DNA from: Candidatus Aenigmatarchaeota archaeon
GTDB lineage: Archaea > Aenigmatarchaeota > Aenigmatarchaeia > CG10238-14
Direction: 5' to 3'
Length of the DNA: 64,000 nucleotides
Assembly: GCA_030018415.1 (NCBI GenBank)
Contig: JASEGC010000004.1
Span: forward strand, 10,470-74,469
Shown here: in pieces, positions 35,107 through 45,319 of the stretch
How positions within the stretch are numbered: position 1 is the first letter of the stretch
Layout: each line of letters opens with the position of its first letter
Notes under the pieces: model-generated
Database searches by the model: none
Told to the model about the DNA's origin: nothing
What the model saw: the letters and a program-made list of their open reading frames with translations, nothing else
Program-made: the position numbers and the translations under genes

Positions 35107-35724
35107 ATGTTCGAGTCGAAAAAATGTAGAAGATGTGGGAAAGGGTTGAAAAACGATTGGATAGTTTGTCCTTACTGTGGAGAGGGCGTGAGAGAGAAAA
35201 AACCTTATGATATGTTCGAGGACATAGAAAGAGAATTCGAGAGGATAGACAAAGTCTTTGGTCCGAGATTCCTTAAATTCCCAAGGATTGACATAGAATC
35301 TCCCTTCAAGAGTGGTGGCATAAGCATTACGATAAGAAGCGGGAGGATGAAGCCCCAGGTTGATGTCAAGACTACCGGAGAATACAAGAAGCTCGAACCT
35401 GAGATTAAGAGGAGGCTAGGTGTAGAAGAAGAAGTAGAAGAAGTCAAAGAAGAAAAGCCAGAAAAAAAAGTAAGAATTCCAAAGATGACAGAGGAACCCG
35501 AGACGAAAATAGAGAGAGTTGGAAATAGAGAAACTATTAACATTAAGTTATCCGATGTCAAGAACCCCGAGGATATTGAAATAAGAAAACTTGAACAATC
35601 TTTGGAGATAAAAGCTTTTGCTGGAGATAAGGCATACTTTAAACTCATTCCAATTAGACCTAACGCACAAATATCAGACAAGAGTTTCAAGAATGGCAAT
35701 TTGAAGATAGAAGTCCTAGAGTGA
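35107..35724 (+). CDS. Zinc-ribbon protein with a C-terminal alpha-crystallin-like domain
   Basis: The N-terminus is CRRCGKGL...CPYCGE. The C-terminus is INIKLSDVKNPEDIEIRKLEQSLEIKAFAGDKAYFKLIPIRPNAQISDKSFKNGNLKIEVLE. It starts 1 nt after the hsp20 stop. Confidence 0.55.
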   Translation: MFESKKCRRCGKGLKNDWIVCPYCGEGVREKKPYDMFEDIEREFERIDKVFGPRFLKFPRIDIESPFKSGGISITIRSGRMKPQVDVKTTGEYKKLEPEIKRRLGVEEEVEEVKEEKPEKKVRIPKMTEEPETKIERVGNRETINIKLSDVKNPEDIEIRKLEQSLEIKAFAGDKAYFKLIPIRPNAQISDKSFKNGNLKIEVLE

Positions 35725-35962
35725 TTTTATACCGAGGAAAAAAAACACACATTCAAACAGTAGAAAAATTGTTCGCGGATATAAAGAAACTCGTCAGTTA
35801 TTTAAAGGAATTCGAGAAACAATTTTTAGAATGTTGATAGAATGCCAAGAAAACACAAGAGAAAAACGTTGAGGTCTAAAGCAATAAAGTTTAGGTTGAG
35901 AAAAAGGCTTGAAAGTAAAGAGCATTTTTAAGATTTAATTCATCAGAAACTAATATTATGTT

Positions 35963-37192
35963 ATGTTTTGGAGAATCTTCTCAGGACGCAGAGCAAAAAG
36001 TATCGTTAAAAGGACTAAAAAATACTGTATTGAGACGACTTTCGCTTATCCACTCGTGATCAAAAAAGGGGAAGGTTGCTTTCTTGAAGATGTAGATGGG
36101 AATGTTTACTTAGATTTCAACTCTAACGTCTGTACTTGTAACATTGGCTACGGACATCCAGAAGTGATGGAGGTTATAAGAAACTTTGGTCAAATAAGTG
36201 CTCATAAAATCGCGGGCCAGGAGTTTTTCAGTGAAGAACAAGTTAAATTAGCTGAAAAAATTCTTAAAATAACTCCAAGAAACTTGACAAGAGTTCTCTT
36301 CACAAACAGCGGGGCAGAGGCTGTTGAGAATGCTATAAAGTTTGCTTACAGGAAGAAAGGACCTTTGGCAGGGGTATCATTCTTCGGAGCGTTCCATGGC
36401 AGGACTATCGGTGCTCTGTCTTTCACGGACAGCAAAGCTGTTCAGAAGAAGAATTATCCTGAAGTCAACAACGAGCTGTTAAAGTTCTGCACGGATGATA
36501 ACGATCCAGACATAAATCAGCTAGAAGAATTGATAAAAAGAGAGGCAGAACCTGCTTTTGTCATCGTCGAATGTGTACAAGGCGAAGGAGGATACAGACC
36601 GGCGAGTAAAAAATTCGTAAAAACGTTGAGAGAAGTAACAAAAAAACATGATATACCCTTGATAATGGATGAGATACAATCAGGAATAGGAAGAACTGGA
36701 AAGTGGTGGTCATTCGAACATTATGGAGTTGAGCCGGATATAATGACTGCTGGCAAGTCTTTGCAAGTGGGCGCAGTAGTATCATCAAAAAAATACGATC
36801 CAAATGAACCCGGAGCCGTCTCTTCTACTTGGGGTGGTGGACACAGGATTGATTTAGCTGTTGGTTTAAAAACGATAGAAATTATAGAGAAAGAAAAACT
36901 AATCGAGAATGCAAACAATATGGGAAATTACATCATGAAACGGTTGAATGAATTGAAAGAAAAATATCCAGAAAAAATCGTCGATGTCCGTGGATTGGGT
37001 TTAATGATCGGAGTTGAGTTTGAGAATGAAAAACAGAGAGATTTTGTTGTTCAAGAAGCCTTCAAACAAAGGTTGTTGCTGCTAGGTTGCGGTTTCAAGA
37101 CTATTAGAATCGCACCACCTTTGATAATAAAAGAAGATGTCGCGGATCATGGGCTATATATTTTTGAGGATGTAGTGAAGGATCTCAAATGA
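35963..37192 (+). CDS. Class III PLP aminotransferase (acetylornithine/GABA aminotransferase-like)
   Basis: Motifs NSGAEAVENAIK, DEIQSGIGRTGKWW and TAGKSL (PLP lysine). Confidence 0.85.
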   Translation: MFWRIFSGRRAKSIVKRTKKYCIETTFAYPLVIKKGEGCFLEDVDGNVYLDFNSNVCTCNIGYGHPEVMEVIRNFGQISAHKIAGQEFFSEEQVKLAEKILKITPRNLTRVLFTNSGAEAVENAIKFAYRKKGPLAGVSFFGAFHGRTIGALSFTDSKAVQKKNYPEVNNELLKFCTDDNDPDINQLEELIKREAEPAFVIVECVQGEGGYRPASKKFVKTLREVTKKHDIPLIMDEIQSGIGRTGKWWSFEHYGVEPDIMTAGKSLQVGAVVSSKKYDPNEPGAVSSTWGGGHRIDLAVGLKTIEIIEKEKLIENANNMGNYIMKRLNELKEKYPEKIVDVRGLGLMIGVEFENEKQRDFVVQEAFKQRLLLLGCGFKTIRIAPPLIIKEDVADHGLYIFEDVVKDLK

Positions 37193-37605
37193 AGATAAGA
37201 TTAAGGAAAAAAAGGTTCACCAGATACTTGATCAAGAGTTTGATGAGAGAAAAAGTAAAGAACGTAAAGATAAAGAACGACTGGATTTCTCTGGAGTATG
37301 ATGGAGAGAAGATAAAGAATAAAATAGTTATTAAAAGGCATGAATGGTTCGTGGGGAGCTGGGCTAAGACAAGGGATAAAGTCTACATCGATGACGACCT
37401 GAAGGGAAAGAAAAATAGAGATGCCATTGCAGTTCATGAAGTGATTGAAAAATTCGTTGCCCAAAAATATGGTTTAGACGAGGACACTGATGCCCATAAG
37501 ATTGCTACTGAGAAAGAAAGAGAATACTTTGAAAAAATTGGAGGGAACTGGAGAAGCCATCAGATGAAAGTTACCAGAGTTTGGATGCGCGAAGGGAAGA
37601 AATGA
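37189..37605 (+). CDS. Basic hypothetical protein
   Basis: 138-aa ORF overlapping the upstream gene by ATGA (operonic). No secure motif. Confidence 0.4.
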   Translation: MKIRLRKKRFTRYLIKSLMREKVKNVKIKNDWISLEYDGEKIKNKIVIKRHEWFVGSWAKTRDKVYIDDDLKGKKNRDAIAVHEVIEKFVAQKYGLDEDTDAHKIATEKEREYFEKIGGNWRSHQMKVTRVWMREGKK

Positions 37606-37638
37606 AAATTTATAAACAGAAAATATAAACTTTAAGCA

Positions 37639-38292
37639 ATGACATTCATCGAAAAAGTCAAGACAGCGTCGTTAAATCCAAACATGTTCTATCAGAGAAT
37701 AAAGGCTGAAGTTGGAATTATTGAAGCATTCAAATACCTAATAATTCTCTCGATCGGATACACTATAATGAGTTTTGTTTCTTCTTTGTTCTTGAGTTAT
37801 TTTTTGTTTTCAATTTTTTATGGAATTGGTTACCCTTCTATAATACCTGTCTACGGCATCTTCGGCTTCGGATCGTTGATAAGGAGTGGATTTACGTTCG
37901 TTGGTCTTATGATCGGCCCCTTCATTTCTGCGGGTATTATGCATTTATTCACTAAGATGTTTGGAGGTAAGAACGATTACTCTGCAACATACAAAGTTAC
38001 AGTTTACAGCAGCACTCCTACTCTAGTAATTGGTTGGATTCCTTATGTTGGTTGGCTTGTGTCTTTTTACAGTTTATATTTGTTCATAAAAGGACTTTCA
38101 ATATTGCACGATATCAGCATGAGCAGGGCATTCTTGGTGATACTGATCCCCATAATAATAGTCGTTATAATAATGGGTGCAATCGCTTTTTTCTGGTTGA
38201 CTAGTATTCTCTATACTTATAGAACTCCCATTGATATGATTCCTACTGGGCAAATTTACTCAATACTCTCTAAATATTTTGACATTTATTGA
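37639..38292 (+). CDS. Polytopic membrane protein, Yip1/DUF1282-like (tentative)
   Basis: 5 TM segments. The motifs AGIMHLFTKMFGG and GLSILHDISMSRAFLVILIPIII are shared with the 40771-41497 paralog. Confidence 0.55.
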   Translation: MTFIEKVKTASLNPNMFYQRIKAEVGIIEAFKYLIILSIGYTIMSFVSSLFLSYFLFSIFYGIGYPSIIPVYGIFGFGSLIRSGFTFVGLMIGPFISAGIMHLFTKMFGGKNDYSATYKVTVYSSTPTLVIGWIPYVGWLVSFYSLYLFIKGLSILHDISMSRAFLVILIPIIIVVIIMGAIAFFWLTSILYTYRTPIDMIPTGQIYSILSKYFDIY

Positions 38293-38302
38293 GAGGTCTG
38301 AT

Positions 38303-38959
38303 TCATTTTATTGCCTTAGTCATCTGAGCAGTGCCCCAAATTCTTGACATCCCTTCCAGGAACCCGTATCTTTCATACTCTCCAACTGAGTACGGACCTA
38401 TCAAACCTGTAGCTTGTGGTAACATTACCATAAATATGATCCCACAAATCAAGACTAGAGCTATTGCTTGACTATCGTTGAATTGATGAGTTATTCTGAG
38501 ACCATAGTAAAAATATACTGCTCCGAGTAAGCAACCTAGTAGAATGACTCCTCCATTAGTCGCTTGCAAGATTCCATACGCAGTTTTGTTTATTCCCATC
38601 AATGTCAATAGAATACCACCGAACACTAGGGTGAAAGTACTCATCATTAACATGCCTGCGAGCATTATCGCTATAGTTTCTTTGTAACCCCCTTTACAGC
38701 CTAGCATTATCGCAAGAAAATGATAAGCTGGTGATGAAAAGAGGATTGTTAACAAGAACGTTGCTGGATATTTTATCATGTCTCTCAAAGCCCAATCGAC
38801 ATCCATGTTGTTCACGAAGTAGCCATAAATAAGACCATAGATACCCAAGGACACGATTGTGTATATGACGATTTCTTGGAGAATTAGTCTAGATTTGACC
38901 CTGTCTGCCAACCCTTTGAATAATTTCTCTCTGTCGAAAAACTCTCTAAACACTCCCAT
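38303..38959 (-). CDS. Polytopic membrane protein (possibly a distant Yip1-like paralog)
   Basis: About 5 TM segments; AYHFLAIMLGCKGGYKETIAIM resembles the H..F(G)GKG.Y motif of its neighbours. Confidence 0.45.
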   Translation of the reverse strand: MGVFREFFDREKLFKGLADRVKSRLILQEIVIYTIVSLGIYGLIYGYFVNNMDVDWALRDMIKYPATFLLTILFSSPAYHFLAIMLGCKGGYKETIAIMLAGMLMMSTFTLVFGGILLTLMGINKTAYGILQATNGGVILLGCLLGAVYFYYGLRITHQFNDSQAIALVLICGIIFMVMLPQATGLIGPYSVGEYERYGFLEGMSRIWGTAQMTKAIK

Positions 38960-39033
38960 ACCTCCGTTTCTTTATATATTTAATGGGAAAGAGTCGATAT
39001 AAAACTTTTATTGTGAGAAATTGATTAATCATT

Positions 39034-40728
39034 ATGAGAAATTTTTTTCTGTTGGGAGTACTTTGTCTATTAATAATTCAGCCAATAGTTAAAGCAGATG
39101 GGATGCCTCATCCCAGTATAAGGCCTCAAATCAGGGAAGAACATCAAATTGTATCGGTAGAAGTAAGAGACGGAGAAATCCTCACGACATTGGATCTTGG
39201 AATTAGGAATAGGCCAGAAACAGTGTTTTCTGTTCTCGATAACTCTATTAACATAAATGAGATGAATCCTTTCTGGCTGAAGACATTTCTTTTACCTTCT
39301 GATTTTGAACCAAAAAATCTTTGTATTAATTCTTATGATCTTGGCTATTATTGGACTGAAATTTCACCAGTGAAAATAAGTATAAACGAGAATACTGTAT
39401 ATCTTTACACTCCTATGCAGTGTACAAATAATGCTCAATGTTCTCAAGCTTGTGACAATCTTGGTATAGATTTTCACTGGAGTGGAACAGGAAATAATTA
39501 CAAATCTTGGACTGGTACATGTCCTTCAAATGTTTATGGTTGTATGACAGGTCAATGTTGCATAGGGCAATGTGAAGAAGGCACTTGTGAATGTAGACAA
39601 ACAAATGTAGTGGATATTTATGGTAATGTTTGTCCAGTTGGAACTACATGTGGATCTGATTGTTATTGCCATCCTATTAAAAATTTAACAAAAACTGTTA
39701 TGACTGAAGAGTTAACAAAGGCTCGTCCTGTAGAACTCGTTCGCATTCCATACGAGAAAAAACATACTTATTGTCAATTCATGAAGAATGAAAAAATTTC
39801 TGAACCCCAATTCGTTGATATATCATCCTATCTTAAGCCTGGGCAATATAACACGATCGAGATAAGAAGCAATGTAGCGTATAGAAGTTTTTCTGTAAAT
39901 AAAATCTACTTGGCAAGTAAAACGAAAGAAATGGTAAAGATAATAATTCCTTTCAAGAACATGCCGAAGTCAGTCGAAGTCGGTGGCACTGGCTTAAATA
40001 TATGGGAATTGGATCAACCATTCAAAAAAGAACCAGGATACTGGTATGGTTATTACGGAGGAAGATTATTAACGACAAAAGAGGCCCCAGCGATAGCCAG
40101 TATAGCTCAAAATGTAGAGGCATCGATAAAATCTCAAGTAACACAGACTCAAATCACAACTGATGTAGTGGGTAGTTTTGAAGGAAAAGTATCTGACATA
40201 CTTTCAACGGTGAGTTTATCTAAGCATTCATTCCAATCTAAAAGTACAGTTCTAAGGCTTGCTGGTGCATCTGATGTTGAATCTGTTTATGAAGCATACA
40301 TGGGAGATTATGGCTACGTCATCGAGTTAGAAATCCCACCTTATGAGCTTAAAAGAATCACTGTCAAGTGGATAGAAGATATAACGAATGATGAAAGGTT
40401 TGGATATTACTATCCTTTGGGAACAGGAAAGACATGGTTTGATAATATATCCTACACTGCCATTTATGTAAAACTTCCTAACAAGTATACGATAAATTAT
40501 GCAAGCATTCCTGGGAGAGAAAAAGCAGAGGATGCCAGTTATTACTATTACAGATGGAAGTTCGTTGAGAGTAGTCCTAGTGAAGATTTGAATATAGATA
40601 TGAAGAAAATATCAAGAGCAGAAAGATTCTTCTTGTCAACTTATATTCCTATAATTGGGTTGGCTGCTTTTATCTTTATAATAATAGTTTTAACACGAGT
40701 AAAAATTCCAAGTAGATACAGTCTATGA
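39034..40728 (+). CDS. Secreted, C-terminally membrane-anchored protein with a Cys-rich module
   Basis: The signal peptide is MRNFFLLGVLCLLIIQPIVKA. A Cys-dense stretch runs from CTNNAQCSQACDN to CGSDCYCHP. The C-terminal TM is IPIIGLAAFIFIIIVLT. Confidence 0.6.
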   Translation: MRNFFLLGVLCLLIIQPIVKADGMPHPSIRPQIREEHQIVSVEVRDGEILTTLDLGIRNRPETVFSVLDNSININEMNPFWLKTFLLPSDFEPKNLCINSYDLGYYWTEISPVKISINENTVYLYTPMQCTNNAQCSQACDNLGIDFHWSGTGNNYKSWTGTCPSNVYGCMTGQCCIGQCEEGTCECRQTNVVDIYGNVCPVGTTCGSDCYCHPIKNLTKTVMTEELTKARPVELVRIPYEKKHTYCQFMKNEKISEPQFVDISSYLKPGQYNTIEIRSNVAYRSFSVNKIYLASKTKEMVKIIIPFKNMPKSVEVGGTGLNIWELDQPFKKEPGYWYGYYGGRLLTTKEAPAIASIAQNVEASIKSQVTQTQITTDVVGSFEGKVSDILSTVSLSKHSFQSKSTVLRLAGASDVESVYEAYMGDYGYVIELEIPPYELKRITVKWIEDITNDERFGYYYPLGTGKTWFDNISYTAIYVKLPNKYTINYASIPGREKAEDASYYYYRWKFVESSPSEDLNIDMKKISRAERFFLSTYIPIIGLAAFIFIIIVLTRVKIPSRYSL

Positions 40729-40770
40729 AAATGATAACTTTTTTTCATGCAAAAAACAAAAGGATATTAA

Positions 40771-41497
40771 ATGTTCGAAGAATTTAGAGACATACTCTTC
40801 AAGACAAAGGAATTTTTTGAGGATGCTGGTCCACAGGACTATTTCCCACTCTGCAGGTTTTGGGTACTGATGTCATTAATCCCAGCCATAGAATTCACTG
40901 TGATAGCTTTCATCTTCAAGATACCGATAAACTTTCCCTACGAGGCGAGTGGGATTCTGTTATCGATAATACTCTTCATCACTTCATTCCTGTCCCTTGC
41001 CAGTGGAGGCCTATTATTCAACTTCATCTACGCTGGGATAATCCATTTAGTCTCTCGCCCGTTCGGCTGTCATGTGGCTCTGGTCTCTTGTAATAAACAT
41101 AATAGGAATGTCGACCTTACACGAGATTTCCTTCATTAAAGCGACTGTATCAGTGTTCATCATTCCTTTGATAATCGTCGGGAGCGTTACGGCTTACGTG
41201 ACTAGGTTGTCCCTTGATTATGTTAAAGATATTTTAACATCACATATGATGCCGATCTCGATAAAATCTGCTTCTTGTGTCAACAGACGGATAGTGATTG
41301 ATTTGGTCAATGAAATAGATAAGACTTTGGATAGCGATCGTATAAAACTTTTCATCGATGGTGTTGATGAAAGCCAATACTTCCATTTCGAGAATATAAA
41401 GCCTGGAGAATCTAGGTCAACGATGAGCATTAAACTCGAGAAGTATCCTCCTGGAAAGCATAAGGTAGAAGTTGAATATAACAAAAAAAATGGTTAG
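40771..41497 (+). pseudogene. Yip1-like paralog split into two frames (40771..41139 and 41051/41072..41497) with an internal deletion
   Basis: The first frame ends ...AGIIHLVSRPFG then junk and a stop. The second frame resumes ..VMWLWSLVINIIGMSTLHEISFIKATVSVFIIPLII. Compared with the 37639 paralog, about 26 residues are missing at the junction. Confidence 0.5.
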
Positions 41498-41499
41498 GG

Positions 41500-42441
41500 C
41501 TACAGTCGAGTGCTGAGGGGCCCACGCCCTGAAACCATCATCTTAACTAACAATGCTTTTTGTACTGGAAGTCTATTGCCAGCCTGATCAAACACTATTG
41601 AACGTGGCCCGTCGATGATATCCGAAGTCACTTCTTTTCCTCTATAGGCAGGTAATGGATGCATAAAAACTACATCTGATGCAGCAATTTTAAATAGTTT
41701 ATTGTTAATTTGATACTTTGGTTTAAAAATTCTAATTCGTTCCTTTTTTTCACTTTCTTGACCCATCGAAACCCAAGTGTCTGTATAGATTATGTTTGCA
41801 TCTTTTACCATTTCTTTAGGCTCTGTCCCTACGATGACTCTGGACTTTGATACTTTCGTATAATTTCTTGCTAATTCAATGGTGTTTCTATTTGGCTCGT
41901 ATCCCTTCGGACAAGCAACAGCGATATCTATTCCAACCTTCGCACAGCCTAGAATTAAGGAATTACACACGTTATTTCCGTCACCAATATAAACCAACTT
42001 CAAAGATTCGAAATCATGGAATCTTTCTCTTATGGTCAGAAGATCCGACAAAATCTGACAAGGATGTTCCAAATCAGATAGTGCATTTATGACGTGTGCA
42101 TTGGTGTGCTTTGACATTATTTCCAACGTTTTGTGTGAGAATACTCTTGCTATTATCGCATCAACATACCTATCAAGAACTTTTGCTGTATCTTCTACAC
42201 TCTCTCCTCTTGATATTTGGGTAGTAGTAGCGTCTAGGTAGATTGCACTTCCACCTAGCTGATTGATGCCGCTCTCGAACGATACTCTCGTTCTCGTGGA
42301 AGGTTTCTCGAACAATAAACACAATACTTTTCCACTCAATAGGTTTCTGATTGGTTTTTTCTTCAATTCAACTGCCAAGTCTAGGACATTAAAGATTTCA
42401 TTTTTTGTTATGTCATCGATGCTTAAAAAATCTTTCTTCAT
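41500..42441 (-). CDS. argF: Ornithine carbamoyltransferase-like transcarbamylase
   Basis: Motifs STRTRVSFE, HPCQ, TDTWVSMGQE and HPLPAYRGKEV. Anabolic versus catabolic role and exact substrate are not decidable. Confidence 0.8.
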   Translation of the reverse strand: MKKDFLSIDDITKNEIFNVLDLAVELKKKPIRNLLSGKVLCLLFEKPSTRTRVSFESGINQLGGSAIYLDATTTQISRGESVEDTAKVLDRYVDAIIARVFSHKTLEIMSKHTNAHVINALSDLEHPCQILSDLLTIRERFHDFESLKLVYIGDGNNVCNSLILGCAKVGIDIAVACPKGYEPNRNTIELARNYTKVSKSRVIVGTEPKEMVKDANIIYTDTWVSMGQESEKKERIRIFKPKYQINNKLFKIAASDVVFMHPLPAYRGKEVTSDIIDGPRSIVFDQAGNRLPVQKALLVKMMVSGRGPLSTRL

Positions 42442-42722
42442 TTTGCCCCCTTCTTTAAATTTATGAATTTGTCTAATTTAAATGTTTCTCGTCAAAATTA
42501 TACATCTGCAACAATTTTTTAAAAAAACTATTGATTCTCTAAATATTTTTTAAAAGGACCGTAGCTATCATAACGTTTATCCCATCTCTCTTTGTGGATT
42601 TTTTGATGAGAAAACCATTCGATTATGGTCACGCAATCCTACTGGAATATTCTTTGGTACGTTAGTCTTCCTGATCCGTTACTTTTAAACTCAGAAAATT
42701 GGAAAATCATAACTCAATCTTT

Positions 42723-43553
42723 CTAGCATGGATGTACAGTCTTGTCCGTGTCCCTACTCGGAAGGCTGAAGTATAAGCCAACACAGAGTATGAACAAATA
42801 GACGATGAAATAGGGAGAACGAACTGCGTCAGAGATTATAGGCAATAAATTTTTAATCGTAGTTTGTGGTTCAACTCCAACTGGAGTTAGCAATCTAGGC
42901 ATACCCACCCAACCTATAACAAAGAACAGTAAAGGTGAAGCAAAAATTGCAGCTACTATCAAGCTTATTATCCCCATTACTAACCAAGTAACAAAAGTCT
43001 CCAAAGGATACCTGGAGAAAATGTTGAAACTCTTCTTGAAAGAATCTATGCATCCTTTTCTGTCGACTATTATCGCTGGATACAGAAAGAAAAGGAATAG
43101 ACTAACGACAAAAGATATAAGAGAGCCGATATAAGGTGGAGAAGAGGCTATAGCAATTATTATACCATAGAGAATCGAGGCACAGAGCAGAGTTAAATAC
43201 CTTGACCCAGAATACCCAAAACTCTTGGCTAGAGATCTTCTTTTTGGATAGTATTTTGCTTGATCTATTATTGCTCCATTGACCCATAAGTAGACTAAGC
43301 CGATTAGGATGAAAATTGGTAAATAAATGCCCAGAAAAAGAAAAATACCAAAGATTCCAGGTCTCATCGTGATGAGATCAAAGATTCCCATAAAAAACTG
43401 AATTAAAGTGTAACCAATTATCAAGTCGAGAATCAAATAAGGTACGATAACTTTTGGAGAAAAAGCAAACCTTATTCCTTCACTCAAACTCTTCAGGATC
43501 ATGATTATAGTATGTGAATAAATGTTTAAATATTCTGACTGGCATATTCTCAA
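42723..43553 (-). CDS. Polytopic membrane protein (hypothetical)
   Basis: 6 or more hydrophobic segments. The likely start is the internal MILKSLSEG. Confidence 0.45.
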   Translation of the reverse strand: MRICQSEYLNIYSHTIIMILKSLSEGIRFAFSPKVIVPYLILDLIIGYTLIQFFMGIFDLITMRPGIFGIFLFLGIYLPIFILIGLVYLWVNGAIIDQAKYYPKRRSLAKSFGYSGSRYLTLLCASILYGIIIAIASSPPYIGSLISFVVSLFLFFLYPAIIVDRKGCIDSFKKSFNIFSRYPLETFVTWLVMGIISLIVAAIFASPLLFFVIGWVGMPRLLTPVGVEPQTTIKNLLPIISDAVRSPYFIVYLFILCVGLYFSLPSRDTDKTVHPC

Positions 43554-43580
43554 AACTATAAATACTAATTAAACCTAATA

Positions 43581-43781
43581 ATGGCATATACTTCCTATTC
43601 TGAGGATGTTAAAGGGTTGAGAGATATGTTGACGAGGTTGAATAAAGATAGGTTAAAAAACATAGAAAGATTAAGAAAAGATAAAAACCTGAAAAAGGTT
43701 AGGATTAAGAAGGATTTACCCCTCGGTATAAGACTCGGACTCATGAAAATGGGGTTTGACGTCGAATATAAGGAGAATTAA
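43581..43781 (+). CDS. Small basic protein (hypothetical)
   Basis: 66-aa ORF; its 3' end overlaps the rtcA stop region by 4 nt (convergent). Confidence 0.3.
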   Translation: MAYTSYSEDVKGLRDMLTRLNKDRLKNIERLRKDKNLKKVRIKKDLPLGIRLGLMKMGFDVEYKEN

Positions 43782-44815
43782 GCCTTAAAACCAATCCCCT
43801 CTACAGAAATCTCTCTTTTGTCTTTATCGACTTTAAATTCAACCGGCAATATTTCCTCTATAACTTGAATGTTCGTTCGACAATGATCTGTTATTTCCTC
43901 AACTTTAATTCGAGATTCACCCTTAGCTAAGGCAAGAAAGACGAGTATTTGATCTGCCATGAACTTATCCAAGGCAGCCCCAGATTTTAAAGATTTTAAC
44001 AGTTCTTCTGCTGCTTTCTCCCCTACAATCTCTGCTCTCACTCCTCTTTCACCAAGACAATCTCCCCCAAGGATAGAATTTTCGCAAACAGCATAACAAG
44101 TTATGCTAGTCCCAGGACTCAAAGATTCGACAGATTTATAACTCATGAAAACTTCTGTGTTGGGATAATGATACTGAATCGTCCTCAATGCCGATCGACC
44201 CTGCCTTTCTGCTATATCTTTTGGCAAACTGCCACAGACAGAGTAGATTTGAATGTTAAGGATATCCCCCCTATCTAAACGATTGAACGGAATCAATTTT
44301 TTCGTTGGTTTGGATCTGACTATTACCTTTCCTCCTCCTTTCGGGTAATAACCATGCTTGATTATATCCAGACTCAAATCTGTCCCCATCATGTTCAGAA
44401 TTGGATAAGTCACGTATTTTATGTATTGGATGGTGGGAGACCATCTCGTCTCTGTCCCGCCGATTATTTCGAGAGTAATAGGTTTATCGTTGAAAATCAA
44501 GAGTGGAGTGATAGTTTGAAGGAGAAGACCTATGCTGCCTGCTGTGCCAATATCAATTCTTCTATCGCAGACTTTAAATTCTTTGGGTGTGAACTCAACT
44601 TCAAGAGAAGATTCTTCCAAACCCTTTATCTCGGCTTTGCAAAATTCACCCAAGACTTTAATTCCCATGAGATGTTGGGGTCTTAAACCAGGCTTACCTC
44701 CTTTTTTCCCTTTTCTTATATCGATGATCTTGACAGGTTTTGATGTTAATGCTGAAAGTCCTATTGCTGTCCTAAGTAATTGACCTCCGCCTATAGATCC
44801 GTCTATGATTATCAT
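43778..44815 (-). CDS. rtcA: RNA 3'-terminal phosphate cyclase
   Basis: N-terminal IDGSIGGGQLLRTAIGLSAL and GLRPQHL, 345 aa. Confidence 0.9.
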   Translation of the reverse strand: MIIIDGSIGGGQLLRTAIGLSALTSKPVKIIDIRKGKKGGKPGLRPQHLMGIKVLGEFCKAEIKGLEESSLEVEFTPKEFKVCDRRIDIGTAGSIGLLLQTITPLLIFNDKPITLEIIGGTETRWSPTIQYIKYVTYPILNMMGTDLSLDIIKHGYYPKGGGKVIVRSKPTKKLIPFNRLDRGDILNIQIYSVCGSLPKDIAERQGRSALRTIQYHYPNTEVFMSYKSVESLSPGTSITCYAVCENSILGGDCLGERGVRAEIVGEKAAEELLKSLKSGAALDKFMADQILVFLALAKGESRIKVEEITDHCRTNIQVIEEILPVEFKVDKDKREISVEGIGFKA

Positions 44816-44884
44816 GAAATAAATATTGGAGTTTTATAGGTTATTTTTATCGTCAATAAAAAAAGAAGAAGAGGGGGATGAAAA

Positions 44885-45166
44885 TTATCTTCCCAAATCT
44901 TTTAAGACTTCAGAAGCATAATCTGATATCTTTTTGTTGATACTTAACTGAGCCCTCTCTAATTTTTCCTTGATTTTTGGGTCGTTTCCCATTGTTGACT
45001 CTATAACCCATAACATCAAGAGATTGTTCTGCAATTCAAGCCAAAAAAATGCCTTACTCAAGAATTTTTTTATCTCCTCCGGAGTCTCGGCTTTTAAAGC
45101 TTCATTCTTCCAGATATTGTAATGCGTTGAGCATGTCTTTATGATCTCTCTTGGTTCCATTTTCAT
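44885..45166 (-). CDS. Hypothetical helical protein
   Basis: 93-aa ORF only. Confidence 0.3.
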   Translation of the reverse strand: MKMEPREIIKTCSTHYNIWKNEALKAETPEEIKKFLSKAFFWLELQNNLLMLWVIESTMGNDPKIKEKLERAQLSINKKISDYASEVLKDLGR

Positions 45167-45319
45167 ATGTTACTATTTTGCAGTAGTAGTATTTAAAATG
45201 TTACTACTCTAAAGTATCGAAAAACTTATAAATGTTTGTTACTACTGAAAAGTATTTATATTTTTAAATAAAATGAAACCTTTAAAAGACGAAAACAAAA
45301 AATAAAATAGGTGTAAAAA

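Noticed and set aside
35843-35887. Very basic small ORF MPRKHKRKTLRSKQ in the spacer before the class III aminotransferase
   Set aside because: On careful re-reading it stops after 14 codons. It is too short and unsupported, and it does not match a ribosomal protein.
42530-42660. Minus-strand fragments such as ..EWFSHQKIHKERWDKRYDSYG.. in the argF-upstream spacer, possibly a nuclease or transposase relic
   Set aside because: The fragments are short, are broken by stops in every frame, and contain no motif I can name with confidence.
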